Part shown: positions 10,885-18,483 of the stretch, in pieces | How positions within the stretch are numbered: the stretch's first letter is position 1 | How the letters are laid out: every line of letters begins with the position of its first letter | Source: a bacterium | GTDB lineage: Bacteria > Hinthialibacterota > Hinthialibacteria > Hinthialibacterales > Hinthialibacteraceae | Assembly (NCBI GenBank): GCA_963663405.2 | Contig: CAXXSM010000125.1 | Coordinates: 1-51,373, forward strand | Length of the DNA stretch: 51,373 nt | Direction of reading: 5' to 3' | Notes under the pieces: model-generated | Database searches by the model: none | What the model was told of the DNA's origin: nothing | Seen by the model: the letters and a program-made list of their open reading frames with translations, nothing else | Position numbers and translations under genes: made by a program

Positions 10885-11019
10885 GAGACAACCTCCTCCA
10901 TCATTGCTTCGATTATTTCATATCGTAGTGCTCCATTGTTACACTTTCTCGAAACATTCGTTGTATCCAGAACTAGGTTATCCTCTCGCCAGCCGTAGAG
11001 TTTTGTAATCTGCATTGAT

Positions 11020-12180
11020 TCATGTGAGGTCATGGGTAACATCTTTTATTTGCTCTTCGAGAAAATGTTGCATCTCTTCTTTGTTGGGTAGACCAAGCTG
11101 ATATTTGGAGACAAACAGGTTGTTATCTATACCTGCAAGAGCATACTCGACTAAGGCATGGTCTTTCTGGGCGCATAGAAGAATTCAGATAGGTCGGTTA
11201 TCTCCATCGGTCATCTCGTTAGCGCTATACCAGCTGATGTATGTGTTGAGTTGGCCTAAATGCTCGTGACTAAACGATGCGACTTTTAGTTCAACCAGGA
11301 TGTGGCATTTCAATATTCGGTGATAAAACACCAAATCGACAAAACAATGTGTATCACCGATCAATATGCGTTTTTGTCGCGCTTCAAAGCAGAATCCATG
11401 ACCAAGTTCCAACAAGAAATCCTGTAACTTATCGAGTAAAGCGTTTTCAAGTTCTGATTCACCCATAACCTCACGGGAATGAATTCCTAGAAATTCGAAG
11501 ATATACGGATCGCGAATGGCGAGGGAAAGTTCTCCTTTTTCCACTCCTGTTTGAGCCATTCCGATTAGTTTCTTTTTATTCTTTGAAAGACCCGAACGCT
11601 CGTACAGTAAGCTGCCGATCTGGCGTTTGAGTTCTCGAACGGACCAATTACCGCGAATACATTCAATTTCGTAGAATGCCCGTTTATACTCATCGTCGAG
11701 AGATAGTAATTCAGAAAAATGTGAAAAAGATAGGCGATCAAACAATTGTTGGCTTGGAAGAACCAATTCAGACGTTTCAAGTTTTCGAAGGACGGGCATT
11801 CTATTAAAACCAGATTCGGCAGACAGTGATTGCCAAATTGAACCGGCCAATAAATCCGAAGAAGATTTGGCAGACAGCGCCTGCCATATTTGTGGGTAAG
11901 TCAAGTAGAATTGACGATAGAGACGCAATGAACGAGCAGACATCCCCTTTAAGCCTAATTTGCATAGATGACTGGATAGAACTTCTAGTAAAGCCGTTCC
12001 ATATTCGGCACGATCCGAGCCGTTTTGCTCGTATTCACGTATATAGAATCCGATAGTCCAATTTCGTAGTGTTAGGCCGATATTAATCGCTTTACCCACC
12101 TGCGCGGTGAGATAGCCATTAACTTGCTGAATGATGGAAATTAGCGCATCGAAATCTAATGGGATCTGTTTATCTGTCAT
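11020..12180 (-). pseudogene. YhcG/DUF1016 PD-(D/E)XK nuclease-domain protein with an in-frame TGA
   Basis: RNWTIG, LSFSHF, WSVRELKRQI, RDPYIFEFL, LLELGHGF and ELK...GQLNTY; reading continues in frame after TGA 11185-11187 (PI*ILLCAQKD...VEYAL...SKYQL) to a stop at 11020. Confidence 0.85.
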
Positions 12181-12519
12181 AGACTTTTCTTTCCCTGTTC
12201 TTTAATCGTGTTTTTCTCCACTTCATCAAGCGTTAGATTCTCTCCCTGCCGGTCATAGAGTTTTGTTGTCCGCTTTGATTCATGTGCCTCCTAAGATACG
12301 AAATTTCTAATATGTTGATTTCTTTATGCTTATGAATTTTGTGATTTTTCTGTAATTACACTCGGCTTTGCCGGGGGATGGTTGCTGACCTGATACCTGA
12401 TCTCAATTATGATGGTTTATTTGAATTTTTACGTATCTCGAATGGATGGATTGTGGGAATGAATAAGGTGTCGTACTTGTTATTTTCTTCGTTTAATCTT
12501 TCTGAGATTCCTTATAGAA

Positions 12520-13647
12520 TCAGTCAAGAGGGATTAATTTTATGTTCCTGAACATAATGGGGGAGCCTTCGCTTTGGAGGCCGATATGTCCCTTTCGGAC
12601 GCCCACGCCGGTCGCTTTGTTCTGGAATTGTCCGTTTACGGTTAACTCAATGGTATCCCCTTTACAGATGATTTCGTACGTATTCCATCCACCCGGTTCC
12701 ACTTCGCTGGATTCATTCTGACGTGGGCAGTGGCGGAAGAATGAGTCCTCCTTTGCTTGGTTTTCATTAAAATCACAACCCATTCCTACGACGTCACCCG
12801 CGCTTTGATGTTTGAGTTGCGCTTCCATGCAAAGGGGAAAAGTCGTCTCTTCATCTGACATCCGGAGCAAGATTCCGCTATTGGTGGGATTTTCCGGCCA
12901 TCGCCATTCAACGGAGAGTTTGAAATCGCTGTATTCTTCTTTCGTGCGAAGAAAGCCAAGTGGATCTCCTTTACACCAAATAGCCCCATCTTTGACTTTC
13001 CACACTTCCTTTGGATCGACGTCCGCATCCTTTAAAAATATATGCCATCCTTCAAGATTCTCTCCATTAAACAAGGAAATGGGCTCCGCGTCTTTTTTGT
13101 ATTTCCCTTCAATTTGCACTACGCCGAAGGGAAGGCATTTGTCCAGCATAGATTGCAAATTCCATGGAAGGCCGCCTTCTTCCATCAATGTAACTTGTGG
13201 ATTCCCGATCCCAAGCGCTTTCGCGATGTCACTTCCTGCTTCATATCGGGTAAGAAGAGTTTCTCCATAGAAAAACTTATCAACCAAAAGCCGGCCATTC
13301 ATGATCGCGAGCATAGGATTATCGTCATTTTCATTAAGCATGAGAACAATGACAACCTTTCTTGAGAAGAAACCGGGGAGTTCATATTCTTTTTTTTCGC
13401 TGGCAAAGACATGCTTGATTGTAGAAGAGCTGTCATTCTGTTTTGTATAACCTTTTACGTACCCATCTTTATCGATGGATAATTTGATATCAAAATCAAT
13501 CACTTCTGTTCCTTCCTGGCGGATAAACGTAACGGCGCCTTCCCCTTCCCATGTGAAAGGAGGTTCAACGTCTTGGGATAGGCAAGGTATTCCCATCATC
13601 ACGGTCGCGGCAATTGTTAGAACAAATACTTTTATCGAATAGTACAT
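12520..13647 (-). CDS. Secreted DUF1080 (3-keto-disaccharide hydrolase) domain protein with an unknown N-terminal domain
   Basis: SLFNGENLEGW, NSGI, GGWNTYEI and GHIGLQSEG...FRNIK; signal peptide. Confidence 0.85.
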   Translation of the reverse strand: MYYSIKVFVLTIAATVMMGIPCLSQDVEPPFTWEGEGAVTFIRQEGTEVIDFDIKLSIDKDGYVKGYTKQNDSSSTIKHVFASEKKEYELPGFFSRKVVIVLMLNENDDNPMLAIMNGRLLVDKFFYGETLLTRYEAGSDIAKALGIGNPQVTLMEEGGLPWNLQSMLDKCLPFGVVQIEGKYKKDAEPISLFNGENLEGWHIFLKDADVDPKEVWKVKDGAIWCKGDPLGFLRTKEEYSDFKLSVEWRWPENPTNSGILLRMSDEETTFPLCMEAQLKHQSAGDVVGMGCDFNENQAKEDSFFRHCPRQNESSEVEPGGWNTYEIICKGDTIELTVNGQFQNKATGVGVRKGHIGLQSEGSPIMFRNIKLIPLD

Positions 13648-14023
13648 TGTTTGATTTCCTCCAGAATCGATGTTGAATCAGATCTACCCATTAATTTTAG
13701 GGCAATTTCGTTTTGATCACTGATTCCGCGTTATTGTTCATGACTAATCGCATCCTGTCAATTGATAGACAGGGAAAAAACATTGGATTATGATTCTCGG
13801 ATGAATAGTAATCTCTATTATTTTCTGTTAGTGTAATAGTCACGCCATTATTCCAAGACTGTCCATGATCGATCGCTGAGTCGATGATTCTTTGGACTTT
13901 ATTGCTATATGTGGGTATGATAAATAATAAATTGAAAAAGAGTGTAATATTTTCTTAATATTTTTATGCTATAATTAAGGAATGTTTTTTTACAATTCTA
14001 TTCTAATACTGTGGGTGTTGATT

Positions 14024-14170
14024 ATGAGTTCTAAAAACGATACCAATCGTAAAGGGGAGAAAGAAACGGAAGTTCCAGTTGGAAAGTTTCTGCTTGTGTT
14101 AGCTGTTTTTGTAATTCTTGCTGGACTACTTTATTTTGGACGCTTATTGTTCGGACAGTTCATTCGTTGA
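14024..14170 (+). CDS. Small single-pass membrane protein
   Basis: 48-aa ORF with a charged N-terminus and one hydrophobic helix; hairpin downstream. Confidence 0.45.
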   Translation: MSSKNDTNRKGEKETEVPVGKFLLVLAVFVILAGLLYFGRLLFGQFIR

Positions 14171-14209
14171 GATCTTTTTTTAAATCCATGGAAATCAGAA
14201 GTAAATAAT

Positions 14210-14241
14210 AAAAGGTGGATCAAAATCGAGGATCCACCCTT
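14210..14241. terminator. Hairpin terminator between convergent genes
   Basis: GGTGGATC/GATCCACC stem with an A-tract on the left. Confidence 0.6.
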
Positions 14242-14273
14242 CAAAATTCACTCGTTGCGCTGTATGGATTTCG

Positions 14274-14477
14274 TTAAGAAATTGTTCTAACATTCACGGC
14301 TTTTGGACCTTTATCGCCCTGTTCCGTATCAAATTCAACGGATTGATTTTCGTACAAGTTCTTGAATCCTTCACCCGCGATACCGGTGTGGTGGACAAAC
14401 AATTCCCCGCCATTATCCTGCTGAATAAATCCATACCCTTTTTGCTCATTAAACCATTTTACTTTTCCAGTCGCCAT
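14274..14477 (-). CDS. cspA: Cold-shock protein
   Basis: [18 protein letters not shown]...LFVHH...GPKAVNV; GGAGG RBS. Confidence 0.95.
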   Translation of the reverse strand: MATGKVKWFNEQKGYGFIQQDNGGELFVHHTGIAGEGFKNLYENQSVEFDTEQGDKGPKAVNVRTIS

Positions 14478-14607
14478 TTTTTGGCCTCCTGCTTCTTGAT
14501 TCTACGTTTTTTCCGAAATTCTGGAGGGTGCCAAAACAACAGTGGAAAGAATCCGGGTTGGTTTTGATTGAACCGATCCTGCGGAAAAATCTGTAGCTAA
14601 GTAAACT

Positions 14608-14616
14608 ATTATAACA
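14608..14616 (-). promoter_or_regulatory. Extended -10 promoter for the cold-shock gene
   Basis: TGTTATAAT on the minus strand about 130 nt upstream of the start. Confidence 0.5.
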
Positions 14617-14653
14617 GGTTTTTTTCTGTTGTAATGGGTAAACTTCATTTTAT

Positions 14654-15562
14654 TTAATTTTTCTTAAAAAGAGGTTTTATTGTCAGCCGTTTTGTTGAGA
14701 TCAGCCAACATGTCACAGGGAAGATGATCGTCATGCCGATTAGTGGAAACAGCCCTTCGTACAAACGATTCCCGCCTAGGTAGAAGGGATCGATCTTGTA
14801 CGTTTCATCCACAAACGCTGTGATGAATGACGCGAACCATACCCAACCGCCATGCAGACCAACAGCGTACCAAAGCGATCCTGTCCTGTAAAACGCATAG
14901 CAGAGAATGAAACCGACAAGAAAGAGTCCAACCGCGTCTGGGAATAAGCGGAATTCAATGGCCATATTAGTGACTAGCTGACTGCAAACCGTAAATCCGG
15001 CAGTCCAAGGATATGGATCGGCGACCTCTTTGATACCTGTTCCTGTTAAAAAATGGAGGGAAGAGAAGATCAAACTCGATAAAAAAGCGGCCCGCAGCCA
15101 TCCCCACCGCCTGCAAAAGGCAAGAAAAATTAATCCCCGGAAAATATATTCTTCCAGCAACGCGACAATCGTCCCTCGTGGAAAGCCTTCCGCGAATCGT
15201 TTTAAGAATTCAGTTAAGGAAAAACCAGGATCAAGTTTCCAACCGCCGATTAGAAGATAAAATCCACTAAGAATCGAGAGAAATCCCCATACGACCGCGA
15301 TCCCAACAAACGTATTCCACCGGCTGGACCACGATTGGTCATAACCTGCCTCGGCTGGCCGCTGGAGACCTATTTTTTTACGCCAAAGAAGCAAACCCAG
15401 CAGAACAGTTATCATCCAGATCCGGCGGTATACCCGGCCTGGTTCATAGTCCATCGAAAAGACTTGATCCACCAATCGCCAAACGAGGGGGAATAGGCAA
15501 CAGGCGAAAAGAGTAGATAGCGCGATTAGAATGAGTATCCGAAACCAGTTCGATCGTAACAT
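14654..15562 (-). CDS. CPBP (Abi/CAAX-type) intramembrane metalloprotease
   Basis: EEYIFRG, FSSLH and GLHGGW motifs; multiple TM helices. Confidence 0.88.
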   Translation of the reverse strand: MLRSNWFRILILIALSTLFACCLFPLVWRLVDQVFSMDYEPGRVYRRIWMITVLLGLLLWRKKIGLQRPAEAGYDQSWSSRWNTFVGIAVVWGFLSILSGFYLLIGGWKLDPGFSLTEFLKRFAEGFPRGTIVALLEEYIFRGLIFLAFCRRWGWLRAAFLSSLIFSSLHFLTGTGIKEVADPYPWTAGFTVCSQLVTNMAIEFRLFPDAVGLFLVGFILCYAFYRTGSLWYAVGLHGGWVWFASFITAFVDETYKIDPFYLGGNRLYEGLFPLIGMTIIFPVTCWLISTKRLTIKPLFKKN

Positions 15563-15686
15563 TATTTTTTGTTATCCCAATTCCCTTGAGTTTATTATTG
15601 TAAGATGAGAACGCCTAAGTTGAAGGAGGATAAGTATTTGGATAGAAATTTTATATGAAAATGAGTTTCGATAGCTTTCAAGCCAT

Positions 15687-15716
15687 GTAGAGTGGGTCGC
15701 GTCTTTATGACCCACC
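15687..15716 (+). repeat. GTAG-type REP element (copy 2)
   Basis: GTAGA-GTGGGTC...GACCCAC stem. Confidence 0.55.
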
Positions 15717-15731
15717 GTATTCTCTATACGA

Positions 15732-15767
15732 TGAAACGCCGCCAGGGGTATGGCTGGCGGCGTTTCA
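15732..15767 (-). terminator. Strong hairpin downstream of the sigma factor gene
   Basis: TGAAACGCCGCCAG/CTGGCGGCGTTTCA 14-bp perfect stem. Confidence 0.65.
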
Positions 15768-15859
15768 ACAGGAGAGAGGCTGGGGGAGATGTATACTTTG
15801 AATTTCTTATCGATACTTTTTTATGGATTCCTTTTAAAAACGATTTTTCAGTGTTTTGA

Positions 15860-16690
15860 TTAATTCGCCAGCAAACCTGCGATTTTATTAAATACTAACG
15901 GACGGCGCAGTTTTCCGATGGCTTGTTCTTCAATTCGGCGAACCCCTTCCGCGCTGAGCCCCATTTTGAGCCCTACTTTTCGAAGACTGAGCCGTTTTCC
16001 GGTTTTATATTTTAAATTGTAACGGTGAAACAAGACTTCTCGTTCACGGTTGTTGAGTACATCCATGGCTGCATTGAGCCGGTGATCCGCTTCCTCACTC
16101 CAGATATCTTCCCGTGGATCGCTGTTTCGTTCATCGACCAATACGCGTTCCATACCGGGATGAGATTCGTCGTAGGTGTGAAGGTTATGGAAACTTGGCG
16201 CGACGTCTTCCAGTTCTTCGATTTTCTTTTTATCGATATTCAGTTCGTCGGCGATTTCATCCGCGAGAGGTTTCCGCCCATGAGATGATTCAAATGATTT
16301 TTCGAAAGCCCGTACTTTGCGGAGAATATCCATTTTGTTGATTGGCAGATTAATCTGCCGGGATTTCTGCTCGAGAGACCGTTGTATATAGAGGCGAATC
16401 CACCAAGATGCGTATGTGATTAACCGGCATTCTTTCGTTTCATCAAATTTATCGAGCGCTTCGATCAATCCGAGAATCCCTTCTTGAATCAGGTCGGCCA
16501 GACTGAGACCTTGATTGCGGAAGTTCATCGCCATTTTAACGACGAAACGCATGTTGGATTCAATTAAGCGATGCCTTGCCTTCGTGTTTCCACTATGGGA
16601 CTTCCGGATTAAATCCAGTTCTTCTTTAGGTGTTAGTGGTTCTGTTTGAACGTCTGTATTTAAGTATCGTGTGATTGAATTGAAATCCAT
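15860..16690 (-). CDS. Alternative RNA polymerase sigma-70 factor (RpoD/RpoS-like, no region 1.1)
   Basis: LIESNMRFVV, DLIQEG and TYASWWIR; region-4 HTH SLRKVG...LSAEGVRRIE. Confidence 0.9.
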   Translation of the reverse strand: MDFNSITRYLNTDVQTEPLTPKEELDLIRKSHSGNTKARHRLIESNMRFVVKMAMNFRNQGLSLADLIQEGILGLIEALDKFDETKECRLITYASWWIRLYIQRSLEQKSRQINLPINKMDILRKVRAFEKSFESSHGRKPLADEIADELNIDKKKIEELEDVAPSFHNLHTYDESHPGMERVLVDERNSDPREDIWSEEADHRLNAAMDVLNNREREVLFHRYNLKYKTGKRLSLRKVGLKMGLSAEGVRRIEEQAIGKLRRPLVFNKIAGLLAN

Positions 16691-16740
16691 TTTTCTAGTC
16701 TCCTTCCTCAGGAGTAGGCCTACGTTTCAGTTTTTTTAAG

Positions 16741-16756
16741 TACAAACTTCGTGCCA
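16741..16756 (-). promoter_or_regulatory. Sigma-54 (-24/-12) promoter
   Basis: TGGCACGAAGTTTGTA versus consensus TGGCACG-N4-TTGCW (one mismatch), 50 nt upstream of the sigma start codon. Confidence 0.65.
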
Positions 16757-16806
16757 AAAGGTGTAAAGTTGAAAAATGGAAGGGGATTTTGGAAGTTTTT
16801 TGTTTG

Positions 16807-16819
16807 TAAGTCATTGAAA
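16807..16819 (-). promoter_or_regulatory. IHF-like binding site
   Basis: TTTCAATGACTTA versus WATCAA-N4-TTR (one mismatch), upstream of the -24 box in AT-rich DNA. Confidence 0.4.
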
Positions 16820-16960
16820 GTTATATATTTAAAATTTATTTTTAAATTGGGTGTATATGAATAAAGATCCTTGAATTGAAGGATAATGATGGAAAAAGGG
16901 TAGGGATGCGCGGGTTCCGTATCAGAAGAATTCTTCACAGGTGTGAAGGATTGTGCGCAC

Positions 16961-18136
16961 TTAGGTGGATTTTTTCTTTCTATTTCTGAGAGCGAATTGA
17001 TACGCGGCTTCGAGGTTATCTGTATGGGATTTCCAATTATAGCGCGTTTCAGCGATTCTCCGTCCCGCCGCGCTCATCGATTTTCTTAGATCTTCATCGT
17101 TCAGGATGGTGATGATCGTATCAGCCATTTCTTGCACCGCGCCGCATGGAACACAGCAACCGGCGTCTCCGATCATTGTATGGGCTTCTCCTACATCAGA
17201 CGCGGCGATTGGCATGCCCATCGCAAGATATTCGGCGATTTTTAGAGGAGATTTAGCTCGGGTGACATCGTTTTGCTCAAATGGCGCCAAGGCGATATCC
17301 GCAAGAGATAAATAACGGGGGATCTCGCTGCCCGGTATATAATCCGTGAAGATTATGTTTTTTTCCAGATTTCGTTCAGCGGCGGTTTGGCGGAGAGACT
17401 GAAGTTTTCTTCCTCCTCCTAGGATTAGAAGTGAGGCGTTTGCAAACACTTTGCGAACATGCGCAAGTACATCGATTGTATATTCCGCGTAGCTGGCGAC
17501 TTCAAGTTGGCCCGCGTAACAAAGGACTGGTTCGCTCAGCGATAACGCATGAAATAATTCCATATCACGCGCTCTTGGTGAAAATGCTTCTACATCGGCC
17601 CCGACAGGCGCGTCCCAAAGACGCTCGGAGGAGATTCCCCATTCTAACGTTTTTAATTTTAGGAAAGAACTGGCTACAGTGATGGAATCGCTGAGGGAGG
17701 GGAGCAGACGATCCCAGCGTCCAGCGATCCAACCCGCCCAGGATGATCCGGTCAACTCCGCGGCGATTCCTTTCTCCCAATCATCCCAATCGTAATGAAG
17801 AGGAATATCCCAGGCTCGCGAAAGAGCGATCGCGAGAAGAGAAGCGTCGGGATAGGCTTTCCAAAGATGGATAATATCCGGTTTGGGTTGGATTTGCAGG
17901 AGCGTGGACTTGTTTTTCCTCCACTGACTTACCCGGCGGTCAAGAGGGACGATCGCTGCGCCTTCTCTATTAATTGTTGTTGCGGTGGCAGGAATCTCTT
18001 TTTGTCTTTCCAAATGGACAAAATCCGTCAAATAGACCTCATGCCCTCTTTTAAGAAGTTCATCCGTTTGGCAGAGAACACGACGGGCGCATGAAACGGA
18101 GGAAAGATCGAAACGTTGAATAATAATTATACGCAT
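16961..18136 (-). CDS. Glycosyltransferase family 4 (GT-B)
   Basis: SPLKIAEYLAMGMPIAASDVG; YDWDD. Confidence 0.9.
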   Translation of the reverse strand: MRIIIIQRFDLSSVSCARRVLCQTDELLKRGHEVYLTDFVHLERQKEIPATATTINREGAAIVPLDRRVSQWRKNKSTLLQIQPKPDIIHLWKAYPDASLLAIALSRAWDIPLHYDWDDWEKGIAAELTGSSWAGWIAGRWDRLLPSLSDSITVASSFLKLKTLEWGISSERLWDAPVGADVEAFSPRARDMELFHALSLSEPVLCYAGQLEVASYAEYTIDVLAHVRKVFANASLLILGGGRKLQSLRQTAAERNLEKNIIFTDYIPGSEIPRYLSLADIALAPFEQNDVTRAKSPLKIAEYLAMGMPIAASDVGEAHTMIGDAGCCVPCGAVQEMADTIITILNDEDLRKSMSAAGRRIAETRYNWKSHTDNLEAAYQFALRNRKKKST

Positions 18137-18483
18137 GGAGATAAAACAGGTCCTCTCAAAAATAATAGATTCTTTCTAGGCCAATCAGCGAATTTATTAT
18201 GGAATAATTGCAGAAAAAGAGTATATGGTAAATGGAGATAACGATTTTTGATAATAGGTTGAGGGAAAAACACGAATCCAAAATATTAATATTCCATCAA
18301 TATTCTATTAAGTGATGAGTTCGCCCTTCGGTTTTTAATCCATTGAAAACATTATTTTTAAAAAAAGGGCTGCGAAAGCTTGAAAATGAGATTGTTTTTT
18401 GATAACCTATGGCAATTGTGTACTTGAGTGGGAATAATCAGGTTCTCCAATCACCGTACACCCCTCAAACAACGGAGGCACCG

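Noticed and set aside
11185-11187. Selenocysteine or genetic-code reassignment at the in-frame TGA
   Set aside because: The position is a conserved Gly, not Cys; TGA terminates other genes in the window
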